In this document: one piece after another, positions 34,068-43,413 of the stretch | Layout of the letters: each line of letters begins with the position of its first letter | Position numbering within the stretch: position 1 is the stretch's first letter | Assembly: GCA_963925895.1 (NCBI GenBank) | Contig: CAWUVH010000007.1 | Location: forward strand, 178,910-242,909 | From: an uncultured Burkholderiales bacterium | GTDB lineage: Bacteria > Pseudomonadota > Gammaproteobacteria > Burkholderiales > Eutrophovitaceae | Direction of reading: 5' to 3' | DNA length: 64,000 nucleotides | Notes under the pieces: generated by a model | Seen by the model: only the letters and a program-made list of their open reading frames with translations | Databases searched by the model: none | Told to the model about the DNA's origin: nothing | Position numbers and translations under genes: made by a program

Positions 34068-34874
34068 GTGATTAGGCGAATTTTAGTGACTGTGTTGATC
34101 AGCGTTTTTTGGTGCGGCCAGTTATTCGCAGAAGATGAAACAGCCGCTGGGATCCAGGAGTACCGAGATTTACTTTCGGATGGTAACCCTGCTGAGTTGT
34201 GGGTCTTGTCGGGTGAGGAGTTATGGTTCACCTCGGTCGGTCCAAAAGGGGCGAGTTTGGAAACGTGTGATCTTGGTAAAGGGCCAGGAGTGGTGCGTGG
34301 GGCCTACGTCGAATTACCCCGTTACTTTTCCGACGTTAAGAAGGTCATGGACTTAGAGCAACGTTTGATTCATTGTCGCATGGCGATTCAAGGGTTCTCG
34401 TATTTAGATGTCACATCATATCCCTTTACAAAAAGGGGCCAAGAGACGTCTGAGATTGAGATTCTGGTTGCATTTGTCGCCTCTGAATCCAGAGGAATGC
34501 ACATGAATATTCCCCTCGAGCATGCTGAAGAACAAAAAATGTTCGATTTAGGTGAGCAGATTTTTTATTTCCGAGCGGGGTCGCATGACTTTGGATGCAT
34601 AACTTGTCACAGCGGTGACAATCGAAGGATAAGGTTGCAGGAGCTTCCAAACTTTAGAAATCAAGATCAGGCGAGAAAAACATACGGATCTTGGCCTGCT
34701 TACCGCGTGTCGGCTGGGGAGGTGCGAACTATGCAGCATCGACTTTATGATTGCTTCCGGCAACAACGCTTTCCAGAGGCTATATATGGGAATGACATGA
34801 TTACGGCTCTTATTATGTTTTTAGCTAAAAGCGCGGATGGTGGTGTTTATAACGCGCCTGCAATGAAGCGTTAA
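34068..34874 (+). CDS. soxA: SoxA, single-haem form
   Basis: Signal peptide, a single CxxCH (CITCH) and the conserved Cys context LYDCFRQQR. The gene order is soxA-soxX-soxB. The start is a GTG preceded by AGGA. Confidence 0.85.
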   Translation: MIRRILVTVLISVFWCGQLFAEDETAAGIQEYRDLLSDGNPAELWVLSGEELWFTSVGPKGASLETCDLGKGPGVVRGAYVELPRYFSDVKKVMDLEQRLIHCRMAIQGFSYLDVTSYPFTKRGQETSEIEILVAFVASESRGMHMNIPLEHAEEQKMFDLGEQIFYFRAGSHDFGCITCHSGDNRRIRLQELPNFRNQDQARKTYGSWPAYRVSAGEVRTMQHRLYDCFRQQRFPEAIYGNDMITALIMFLAKSADGGVYNAPAMKR

Positions 34875-34877
34875 GAG

Positions 34878-35504
34878 ATGTTCATGAAAATTTCACCGCT
34901 TAGTTTGGGTTTCATTGCGATAACTTTGATGTTCGGGTTAAAGGGGGCTAACGCCTCAGAGGATATTAATCCGGAGTTTAAGGACCTGCTCAAGGAGGGC
35001 TTGCGCACTAAAGGCTCTGTTCAGTTGGAGCGATTCTTGAGTTTAGACGCTACCCAGAATTTCTGTAGTGACTCCAATGTAAATGTTAACAGTGCTGAGG
35101 CAGGTCAGTTGATGTCTAAGGCACTTCAGCAGATTCAGTACCCAGCTGGGAGTAGTTATCTTGGCGATTGGAAGGAAGGCGAAAGAATTGCTCAAAGCGG
35201 TAAAGGTTTACGATTCAACGATACCAATGATACGGAAAATGGTGGTAATTGTTACGCGTGTCACCAAATCCGTAAGGACGAGTTAGCATACGGGACTCTA
35301 GGGCCATCACTGTATCAGTACGGTAAATTGCGAGGCTACTCTGATGAAGTTCTGCGTTATACATGGGCGAAAATATTTAACCCTCAGGCATTTCTGATGT
35401 GTTCAAACATGCCTCGATATGGCCATAACGGTATACTTACAGTGGAGCAAATGAGGAATATCCTGGCGTTATTGTTGGATCCTCAATCTCCTGTTAATGA
35501 GTAA
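34878..35504 (+). CDS. soxX: SoxX, monohaem cytochrome c
   Basis: Signal peptide and CYACH haem motif are present. It starts 3 nt after soxA. Confidence 0.8.
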   Translation: MFMKISPLSLGFIAITLMFGLKGANASEDINPEFKDLLKEGLRTKGSVQLERFLSLDATQNFCSDSNVNVNSAEAGQLMSKALQQIQYPAGSSYLGDWKEGERIAQSGKGLRFNDTNDTENGGNCYACHQIRKDELAYGTLGPSLYQYGKLRGYSDEVLRYTWAKIFNPQAFLMCSNMPRYGHNGILTVEQMRNILALLLDPQSPVNE

Positions 35505-35524
35505 GGGCGCAGTAGGTATTTATT

Positions 35525-37255
35525 GTGACACTTTCTCGTAGAGACTTTTTGTTGGCGCTGGGATCTGCTGCCGCGGCTGGTCTTCCTATATCTAATCGAC
35601 GGGCACTCGCTAATCCGCATTTAGATGAGCTCTACGATATTCCAAAGTTTGGCAATGTTCATCTGCTGCATATGACGGATTGCCATGCGCAATTAAACCC
35701 CGTTTATTTTCGAGAACCCAGCATGAATTTTGGTGTGGGCTTGGCTGCTGGAAAACTGCCACACATTGTTGGTGAATCCTTGTTAAAGGCGGTCAATGTT
35801 CCTACAGGCAGTGCTATGGCGCATGCATTCTCTTGTCTTAATTTCGAGGAAGCTGCTCGAATTTTTGGTCGTGTTGGTGGGTTCTCACACCTTAAAACAC
35901 TGGTTGATAAGCTAAGGTCAGGCCGCCCAGGAGCTCTGTTACTCGATGGCGGTGATACGTGGCAGGGGTCTGGCACAGCGTTGTGGTCTCAGGGGCAGGA
36001 TATGGTAGATGCCTGTTTGTTGCTTGGAGTCGATGTGATGACTGCTCATTGGGAAATGACGCTGGGTGCGCAGCGGGTACAGCATATTGTTGCTAATGAT
36101 TTCTCAGGGCGGATTGATTTTCTCGCTCAAAACATTAAGACATTTGATTTTGATGAGCCCGTATTCGAATCATTCAGCATTAAGGAGATGAATGGCATAC
36201 CCATTGCTGTTATCGGTCAAGCCTTTCCCTATACGCCGATTGCGAATCCTAGTCACTTGATTCCTGATTGGAGTTTTGGTATACGCGAATATGAGTTGCA
36301 GCAGCTTGTAAATCGAATACGAAAAAAAGGGATTAAAGTCATTGTCTTACTTTCGCATAATGGTATGGATGTTGATTTAAAGTTAGCTTCGCGTGTGACT
36401 GGGATTGATGCAATACTGGGCGGTCATACTCATGACGGCATGCCTGTGCCAGTCATCGTTGCGAATAAATCTGGGAAAACAATTGTTACGAATGGCGGCA
36501 GCAATGGAAAGTTTCTTGGTGTGTTGGACTTTGCTGTGACCGCATCAGGTATCGAGGATTTCAGATATCGACTCTTGCCTGTGTTTTCTGAGTTCATTGA
36601 GCCCGATCCCGATATGGAGGCGTTGATTCATCGTGTGAGGCATCCATTTGAGCAGCAACTTATGGAGCCGCTCGCAACGACTGAAGGGTTGTTGTACCGG
36701 AGGGGAAATTTTAATGGGAGTTTTGATCAGTTGATTTTAGATGCGTTGATGGACGAGCTTGATGCGGACATCGCATTCTCTCCAGGATTTCGTTGGGGAA
36801 CGTCTCTTTTGCCAAACAGTACGATCAATATGGAGGCGCTTTTAGCGCAAACTGCGACTACCTATTCCTTCAGTACTTTGACTGAAATGAAGGGGGAAAC
36901 GATTAAAATAATCCTCGAGGATGTGGCGGATAATATTTTTAATCCCGATCCGTATTACCAGCAAGGAGGTGATATGGTCCGTGTCGGAGGCATGAGTTAT
37001 ACGATTGACCCGCATGCGGCGATCGGATCGCGGATATCCGAGATGCGGATAGGAGACACGTTCATCGACCCGAATAAGGTATATAAAGTAGCAGGATGGG
37101 CGCCTGTGACAGAGGGGGCGACAGGTGAGCTCGTTTGGGACTTGGTTGCGCGTTGGCTGAAAGATCAGAAAACTGTGCCTATTAGAACACTAGGTACGCC
37201 ACGTATTAAAGGCTTGGATTATAACGTCGGGGTGACCGATCGTTGCGATGCCTGA
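35525..37255 (+). CDS. soxB: SoxB thiosulfohydrolase (5'-nucleotidase/metallophosphoesterase fold)
   Basis: Tat signal SRRDFLLALGSAAAAG, metallophosphoesterase motifs (HMTDCH, GGDTWQG, GGHTHD), length 576 aa. Confidence 0.9.
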   Translation: MTLSRRDFLLALGSAAAAGLPISNRRALANPHLDELYDIPKFGNVHLLHMTDCHAQLNPVYFREPSMNFGVGLAAGKLPHIVGESLLKAVNVPTGSAMAHAFSCLNFEEAARIFGRVGGFSHLKTLVDKLRSGRPGALLLDGGDTWQGSGTALWSQGQDMVDACLLLGVDVMTAHWEMTLGAQRVQHIVANDFSGRIDFLAQNIKTFDFDEPVFESFSIKEMNGIPIAVIGQAFPYTPIANPSHLIPDWSFGIREYELQQLVNRIRKKGIKVIVLLSHNGMDVDLKLASRVTGIDAILGGHTHDGMPVPVIVANKSGKTIVTNGGSNGKFLGVLDFAVTASGIEDFRYRLLPVFSEFIEPDPDMEALIHRVRHPFEQQLMEPLATTEGLLYRRGNFNGSFDQLILDALMDELDADIAFSPGFRWGTSLLPNSTINMEALLAQTATTYSFSTLTEMKGETIKIILEDVADNIFNPDPYYQQGGDMVRVGGMSYTIDPHAAIGSRISEMRIGDTFIDPNKVYKVAGWAPVTEGATGELVWDLVARWLKDQKTVPIRTLGTPRIKGLDYNVGVTDRCDA

Positions 37256-37321
37256 TTCCTCAGTATTAAATACGTATTTTGAATTATCGTTAGGTGCTGC
37301 TAATGAGTAAGCCTAGCTGAC

Positions 37322-38077
37322 ATGTCTTTAGTCATGAATATGCGGCAGCATTTGCGCAGGGTCGTTAAGTATCCAGCCTTGATTGTGTTTCTGATTTCAG
37401 GACTACTGATATCAGTCTTATTATTTTTTTTTTATAATGTCCGAATTAATAGATTCATCGCCAAATATTGGTTTCGATGTTTGCTATTTATTCTTAATCT
37501 CAAACTTGAAACAAAAGGTATCGATAAAGAATTGGAAGGTCATTTTTTGGTGGCGAATCATATTTCATGGTTGGATATCCCAGTCATATCAGCTTGTATG
37601 CCCACTTGTTTTTTATCGAAGTCAGAGGTTCGTCAGTGGCCCGTGATTGGACTGCTGGCTCGTTTTGTCGGGACGATATTCATTGCGAGAGCGAGTCGTC
37701 GCGCGCTAATGGAGGTCAATCAAAAGATTGATTGTTCCCTCAGAGACGGAAATTCTGTCTGTGTCTTTCCTGAAGGGACAACGACTCTTGGTGATCAGGT
37801 TGGCTTATTCCACGCGTCAATTTTTCAGCCGGTGGTAAATGTCGGAGCGAAGGTCACGCCTGTTTCGATACGTTATCTTGATAAAAATCGTGTGCAAACT
37901 GGATGTCCTGCTTACGTTGGGGATATGACGTTACTGTGCTCGTTAGATCAAGTTGTGATTGAGTCTGCACTCATCGTAGAGGTGAGTTTTTTGTCGACTA
38001 TTGATGTTAAAGATTTGAGTCGAGAGAGCATCTCAGATTTGTCGAGAGCTATGATTTTGACTGATTTATTTAAGTGA
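37322..38077 (+). CDS. plsC: 1-acyl-sn-glycerol-3-phosphate acyltransferase family protein
   Basis: HX4D motif NHISWLD and the FPEGTT motif are present, along with an N-terminal TM segment. Confidence 0.8.
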   Translation: MSLVMNMRQHLRRVVKYPALIVFLISGLLISVLLFFFYNVRINRFIAKYWFRCLLFILNLKLETKGIDKELEGHFLVANHISWLDIPVISACMPTCFLSKSEVRQWPVIGLLARFVGTIFIARASRRALMEVNQKIDCSLRDGNSVCVFPEGTTTLGDQVGLFHASIFQPVVNVGAKVTPVSIRYLDKNRVQTGCPAYVGDMTLLCSLDQVVIESALIVEVSFLSTIDVKDLSRESISDLSRAMILTDLFK

Positions 38078-38968
38078 TGCTGCGCGTCTGAGGGTCTTGT
38101 ATATCGTGGTGAGATCTGCCTCTACGCCATGTTCTTGTATTGCTTCATCGAAGACCGATTGCGTAGCTTTGCCAACCTGATCAGATGTCTCATACATTTT
38201 CACTTCTTCGGCCCACAATTCTAGGTCTTTCTTTAATATGGCATTGCTGGCACCAAAGTTAAATGCGCCACTCAAAACGTTATTAGGAATAAACACCTGG
38301 CTTGATCGGCTTAGTCCAGACGAGGCATTGATGACATCGATCATCTGCGAGGGATCAAGTCCTGCTTTTTCCCCAAGTGTTAGCGATTCGAGTGTCCCAG
38401 CTAAGTGTATAAATAGATTTATGTTGTTAACCAATTTCATTATCTGGGCCATTCCGGGCTCATCACCGACGTAGAATTGTTTGGCGCTCATATGCGGGAA
38501 TACGTGTACGCATAAAAATTCGTAGGCAACGGTATCCCCTGAGCACATTACGGCGAGCGTTGCATCCTTGGCACCAGCTGGTCCTCCCGAAATAGGTGAA
38601 TCTAAAAATGCAATGGTATGTGCTTGTAATTGAGATGCGGTGTCTTTCGCATAGGCGCTACCCGTGGTCCCTAGACTGACAAGGCTCTTTATTTGAGATC
38701 CATTTATAACGCCTTTGCTGGGGTCGAGAACTACAGAGCGAGCCGCATCCAGTGAAGGCAGGCAGGTGAAGACAATATCGGCTTTGTTCGCCACGTGAAT
38801 TGGTGATGAGCAGGTGTGTACATTGTCGCCAATAAGTGCCGCGCACCGAGATGAATCAATATCAAAAATATATGTTTGTAATCCACTTTTGATGATGTTT
38901 TGAGCTATAGGTGATCCCATTGAACCAAGTCCAATGAACCCAAGTGTAGTGATTTGTGAGTAAGGCAT
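38066..38968 (-). CDS. NAD(P)-dependent dehydrogenase, 3-hydroxyisobutyrate dehydrogenase family
   Basis: N-terminal motif LGFIGLGSMGSPIA is present. Length is 300 aa. Confidence 0.8.
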   Translation of the reverse strand: MPYSQITTLGFIGLGSMGSPIAQNIIKSGLQTYIFDIDSSRCAALIGDNVHTCSSPIHVANKADIVFTCLPSLDAARSVVLDPSKGVINGSQIKSLVSLGTTGSAYAKDTASQLQAHTIAFLDSPISGGPAGAKDATLAVMCSGDTVAYEFLCVHVFPHMSAKQFYVGDEPGMAQIMKLVNNINLFIHLAGTLESLTLGEKAGLDPSQMIDVINASSGLSRSSQVFIPNNVLSGAFNFGASNAILKKDLELWAEEVKMYETSDQVGKATQSVFDEAIQEHGVEADLTTIYKTLRRAASLK

Positions 38969-39016
38969 ATTGTGTCGTCCTAAAGTCCAGTAAGTTTTTA
39001 GATGGCGTCGATGATT

Positions 39017-39871
39017 TTAGGCATTCGACTCAACGGGCAAGTCATGATCGCGACCCCATTCATCCCATGATCCGTCGTATATTCTCCACTCGTGTCTCCC
39101 AATTTGATCAAGTGCGATTGCTAGGATGCAGGCGGTTACTCCGGATCCACAGGTCAGTATGAGTGGATTGTCAATATTTATTCCTGATTCACTGAACCGC
39201 TGCATTAGTTTTTCCTTAGGCAGGAGTTCACGTGTTTCTGGATGAAGGAGGTGAGCCCAATATAGGTTATGACTGCTTGGGATATGCCCTGGCCGAGCAC
39301 CTGGGTAACGATCGGGTTCCTGACCTGAGAATCGACCAGGTGTCCTTGCATCGAGTATCTCCTTACCCAATGAGGAGGCTTTTAAAACATCATCTTTAAG
39401 CGCTAACAGGTCTCGTGTAATCTCAGCTTTAAAGATTCGCGGTTTGCGCGGTGACAGTTGTGTGGTGATCTCCCCACCATACTGCCTCCAGTGTGTCAGT
39501 CCGCCGTCCAGGATCGAGACGTTATCGTAACCGTAGAGTCTGAATAGCCACCACACACGCGCTGCACTATAAAGTCCTGGAGTGTCATACGCGACAACGT
39601 GTGTATTGTTGTTGATACCGAGATTCCCGACCTTTGTACAAAATACTTGTTTGTTTGGAACTTTTCTTGGGAGGGGGTTTTCCGGGTCAGCAATGTCACT
39701 TAGATCAAAAAAGATGGAGTTAGGAATATGCTCTTCTAAAAACTCAGCCTTTGCATCGCGTCCAGTGTCCGGTAGGTGCACCGTGGCGTCGACAATGCAC
39801 AGGTTCGCATCATGCAAATGTTCTGTGAGCCATTGTGCAGAGACTATGGGTCCAGGGTAATTGGGTGACAT
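39017..39871 (-). CDS. sseA: 3-mercaptopyruvate/thiosulfate sulfurtransferase (tandem rhodanese)
   Basis: Active-site loop CGSGVTA and two rhodanese halves are present. I chose the start at 39871 (MSPNYPG…) to avoid overlap with the upstream aldo/keto reductase gene. Confidence 0.8.
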   Translation of the reverse strand: MSPNYPGPIVSAQWLTEHLHDANLCIVDATVHLPDTGRDAKAEFLEEHIPNSIFFDLSDIADPENPLPRKVPNKQVFCTKVGNLGINNNTHVVAYDTPGLYSAARVWWLFRLYGYDNVSILDGGLTHWRQYGGEITTQLSPRKPRIFKAEITRDLLALKDDVLKASSLGKEILDARTPGRFSGQEPDRYPGARPGHIPSSHNLYWAHLLHPETRELLPKEKLMQRFSESGINIDNPLILTCGSGVTACILAIALDQIGRHEWRIYDGSWDEWGRDHDLPVESNA

Positions 39872-39891
39872 ATCAAATTTACCTATGGGTA

Positions 39892-40896
39892 TTAGCAGTA
39901 TTGTTCCACTGCAACAGTTTGACCTACTGAGTAGCGATTGCCATGTGCCCATCCTACGGGGAGCACGTCCTCAATCAATCGGAGCTCGCCTTTAGACAGA
40001 TCGCGTTGTGCTCCTTCTGCTAGTTCTTTTAGGTGGTCTACGGATCGTGTTCCTGGTATTGGAATAATATTTTCGCCTTGATGCAACAACCATGCAATCG
40101 CGAGACCTGATGCGCTGATGCTGAATTCGCTTGCGAGTTTTCTGAAGGCATTGCTTGCTTCTATGTTTCTACTTAAGTTGGGCTCAATGAACCGAGGATT
40201 TTCTTTTAGAAAATCCATCTCCGAGATGCGCTCCTCTGTATGAGGACTGTCTGTGAGTAGTGAGCGTCCCACTGGGGAAAAAGCAACGAGTGCTGTTCCC
40301 ATGGCTTTGGTCGTTTGCGTTAAGCCTAATTCTGTGTTTCGGGTTGAGAGGGAATACTCTGATTGTACGGCTGCAACATGACTTACTGAGTGGGCAAGCT
40401 TTAAAGATGATGGGGCGATCTCCGAGAACCCATATGATTTAATTTTCCCCTCTTGCACAAGTTGGCTCATCGTTCCTGCGACCTCTTCAATGGGTATCGT
40501 TTCATCGCGGCGGTGTATGTAATATAAATCTAACGTGTCAACGCCTAATCTAGCAAGGGACTTGTCTAGTTGATCTCGGATGTGGGCGTCACTATTATCA
40601 AAGTAGCGTTGACCGGTTTCCAAGTTGCGACAAATGCCGACTTTAGAGGCGATTGTGAATAGTTGATCTTTTATCTTTCCTTGTTTCCCAAGAAAGGAAC
40701 CAATGACTGTTTCTGATCTGCCATTTCCGTAAACGTTGGATGTGTCAATATGGTTGATGTCAAGGTCGAGTGCCGAGCTCAAAATTTTATGTGAACCCTC
40801 ATCTTTCGCCAATCCGTAAAAGTCAGAAAATGATAAGGCTCCCACACCAATGGCGGAGACCTGTGGCCCATGCATGCCGAGTTGACGAGTTTTCAT
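39892..40896 (-). CDS. Aldo/keto reductase
   Basis: AKR motifs are present (HIDTSNVYGNG, LDLYYIHR). Length is 334 aa. Confidence 0.85.
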   Translation of the reverse strand: MKTRQLGMHGPQVSAIGVGALSFSDFYGLAKDEGSHKILSSALDLDINHIDTSNVYGNGRSETVIGSFLGKQGKIKDQLFTIASKVGICRNLETGQRYFDNSDAHIRDQLDKSLARLGVDTLDLYYIHRRDETIPIEEVAGTMSQLVQEGKIKSYGFSEIAPSSLKLAHSVSHVAAVQSEYSLSTRNTELGLTQTTKAMGTALVAFSPVGRSLLTDSPHTEERISEMDFLKENPRFIEPNLSRNIEASNAFRKLASEFSISASGLAIAWLLHQGENIIPIPGTRSVDHLKELAEGAQRDLSKGELRLIEDVLPVGWAHGNRYSVGQTVAVEQYC

Positions 40897-40937
40897 TGGT
40901 GCTCCTAATTAAAAATTAATGATTGAACGCGTTTGTT

Positions 40938-41384
40938 TTAGGGCAACGTCCCATCAATTATATAAGTCAGTATTTGAACGATTTGCTCAGGGCTGTTCGT
41001 GACTGCCAGCGCTGCCGCATCGATTTCTTTTAAGGCGTGTTGATGTTCGGCTTGATGCAAAATGATTAACGATTTGCCAAGAGCGGCCGCATATCCCGCA
41101 TCGAATGCGGCATTCCATTGTTTGTATTTCTCGCCAAAACACACGACAACGATATCTGCGTCTTCGATGCCTTTACGTGTCCGTATGGCATTAATTTTTG
41201 CACTTTTTTGATCATGCCAAAATTTATTTAATTCCTCTCCTAGTATACGAACCCCGCAGTCATCACTTGACCCATGAACTGTTATAGGACTCATGAAGGT
41301 GATATTTTTGTCTTTGCACCTCGCGATGATGGTCTCTCGCCAATCGGTGTGAATTTCTCCTGATAGATAAACTTTGTAATGCAT
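40938..41384 (-). CDS. YtoQ family protein (nucleoside 2-deoxyribosyltransferase-like fold)
   Basis: About 148 aa starting MHYKVYLSGEIHTDWRE. The family assignment is from memory of the YtoQ N-terminal pattern. Confidence 0.55.
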   Translation of the reverse strand: MHYKVYLSGEIHTDWRETIIARCKDKNITFMSPITVHGSSDDCGVRILGEELNKFWHDQKSAKINAIRTRKGIEDADIVVVCFGEKYKQWNAAFDAGYAAALGKSLIILHQAEHQHALKEIDAAALAVTNSPEQIVQILTYIIDGTLP

Positions 41385-41530
41385 GATGTTTTTTCCTGTA
41401 GCGTGGCTCAATAGTTTGAGTACCACTATATCAATTAATATGTGCTGCTTCAGTGTAAACTAACAATCAATTATTGATGCGCGTAAGCGCACATAGAATG
41501 TTTGGCCATAAACCTAATTTAGGAGCACCG

Positions 41531-42151
41531 ATGAGGCAATCGCGTCGATTTATAAAATCTTTAATTAGCTTATTTTTTCTGGTTGGATCTCCTGCCGTTC
41601 ACTCAGAAGGTGTCTATTTTGGATCGACGATTTCTCATTCTGAAACTGACTATGGCACCAATTTAGGGTTGTCTGGTGGCGCCACGCTTGATGATCAGGA
41701 TATGGGGTTCAAAGTTGTTGGCGGTTATCGTTGGAATTCGCTCGTTTCATTTGAAGCCCACTATACTGATTTCGGTGAGGTTTCCCTATTGATGCCCAAC
41801 GGTTCTTCGGTCACCAGGGGAGGATTGGTCACCACGAATGCAACCGGAGCCACATCCAGTACTCGAGTTGAGACTAGCTCATTCGGAGTGAGTGCGATGC
41901 TCACAATACCGTTTGAAGTGGTGAGGCCTTACTTAAAGGTTGGCGTGCATGCTTGGGATACGTCGCGCGAAGTGGGAGTGGGTAGCGCGGATTTTTTTGC
42001 TACTCAGATTGATGGGGCGGATCTCCTCCGTGGTGTAGGTTTTGATGCGCCAATCAATGAGGTATTTTTTACGCGTTTAGAATATGAAGTTTACGATTTC
42101 GACGATGATAAAATTTCGTTACTGAGTTGGGGTGTTTTCTTGAATTTTTAG
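41531..42151 (+). CDS. Small outer-membrane beta-barrel protein (OmpA-N/OmpW-like)
   Basis: An AGGAG Shine-Dalgarno lies 5 nt before the ATG at 41531. There is a signal peptide, an alternating-strand pattern, and a C-terminal …VFLNF. Confidence 0.65.
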   Translation: MRQSRRFIKSLISLFFLVGSPAVHSEGVYFGSTISHSETDYGTNLGLSGGATLDDQDMGFKVVGGYRWNSLVSFEAHYTDFGEVSLLMPNGSSVTRGGLVTTNATGATSSTRVETSSFGVSAMLTIPFEVVRPYLKVGVHAWDTSREVGVGSADFFATQIDGADLLRGVGFDAPINEVFFTRLEYEVYDFDDDKISLLSWGVFLNF

Positions 42152-42210
42152 AGGTGCCCTAAGCCCCAAGCTCTAAGCACCTCTTGGTTATTTTTATGGC
42201 TGAAGGTCTT

Positions 42211-42543
42211 CTAAACGGGCCCCACTGTCATTTGTATTTTTCTTATTGTCTCGGTTGAATGTTGGGTCATCCTACCCTTAATCTTTAATATTTTTCTGTC
42301 TGCTTTGATTGCTAAATCGTCGATCGCTTTATACAGATCCGGTTCGATGGATTCACAAAATATATCTTTCCCGTGAAAGTGTAACTTTGCCTCAGCTTTA
42401 TGTTCGTGCTTTGAGACGGATAGTATGATGTCGATCTTAATCGAATCGTCGAAGTGTCGATCGACTGGACTCATTTTATTTCGAACGTGAGATTCTATAC
42501 CTGGAGTAAGAGCAATGTGGTGGGCTGAAATGCTTAAGTTCAT
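42211..42543 (-). CDS. hpf: Ribosome hibernation promoting factor / RaiA family (short form)
   Basis: Starts MNLSISAHHIALTPGIESHV, with a downstream YKAIDDL segment. An AAGGAGG Shine-Dalgarno precedes the ATG at 42543. Confidence 0.85.
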   Translation of the reverse strand: MNLSISAHHIALTPGIESHVRNKMSPVDRHFDDSIKIDIILSVSKHEHKAEAKLHFHGKDIFCESIEPDLYKAIDDLAIKADRKILKIKGRMTQHSTETIRKIQMTVGPV

Positions 42544-42766
42544 CAAAAGGCCTCCTTGGTGAGGGTTTTCACCGATGGCGGTAAATGAAGGCCCTAAAAC
42601 AAAGCTCTTTACTATCGTCACCGAATGAAACGGTTAGCCCCTTACTGGGCAACAATACCTAGCTTCTGTGTGCAGCAAGTCTTTAGTTGTGACTCAACTT
42701 CAGTAAACTCCTTTGGGTGAAAGGTGTCAATACCTTGCGCAAAACTTAGGAGATATATATTGGCTC

Positions 42767-43336
42767 TTACTGTTGCGTTGAGATGTACGCAGCAATATCC
42801 TCCAAGTCTTCATCAGGTATTGTTCTCACAACCGCCGTCATATTGCCTGCATCATTGGTTCGGTGTTTTACTTTGAAGTCTTTCAGCTGCTTGATGAGGT
42901 ATTCATAGTGTTGCCCTGCTAGACGGGGCATTTCATTTTGGCCAGTGAAGCCACCAGCATGGCACATGGTGCACAGGGCTGCATCGGCTAGTTTTTTACC
43001 TTTTCCAAGGTCGGCATCTATATTTTTTGAGTTTTGGCCGTTATAAGTTTGTGAGGCGTACCAGTCAGCAAGATCATTCATGTCTTGTTTCGAAAGATTT
43101 AACGCCATTGGAGACATTAACGGATTATTTCTGCGGCCTCGTTTGAAGTCTTTTAATTGCAAATAAATATAACGAGCGGTTTGTCCTGAGAGATTGGGAT
43201 ATTGAGGCGCAATGGAGTTTCCATCAATGCCGTGACAGGCCGCACAAACTTGTGCTTTTTCTCTGCCAGCTTCCGCATCAGCTAAAACGGTAAGGGGTAG
43301 GTATAACAGTGCAACTAATAATTTTTTGAAGTTCAT
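42767..43336 (-). CDS. Dihaem c-type cytochrome (c4-like)
   Basis: Signal peptide and two CxxCH motifs (CAACH, CTMCH) are present. It lies 77 nt downstream of the PQQ dehydrogenase. Confidence 0.85.
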   Translation of the reverse strand: MNFKKLLVALLYLPLTVLADAEAGREKAQVCAACHGIDGNSIAPQYPNLSGQTARYIYLQLKDFKRGRRNNPLMSPMALNLSKQDMNDLADWYASQTYNGQNSKNIDADLGKGKKLADAALCTMCHAGGFTGQNEMPRLAGQHYEYLIKQLKDFKVKHRTNDAGNMTAVVRTIPDEDLEDIAAYISTQQ

Positions 43337-43363
43337 GTCGTTAAAAAAGCCCTTGAATTAAAA

Positions 43364-43389
43364 GCGGGGACGACATCAGTCGCCCCCGC
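43364..43389 (-). terminator. Intercistronic hairpin between the PQQ dehydrogenase and cytochrome genes (possible attenuating terminator or mRNA stabiliser)
   Basis: Sequence is GCGGGGACGAC-atca-GTCGCCCCCGC, an 11-bp stem with 1 mismatch. On the minus strand it is followed by a T-rich stretch. Confidence 0.45.
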
Positions 43390-43413
43390 TGAAGCAGCTA
43401 CTACTAAACTAAA

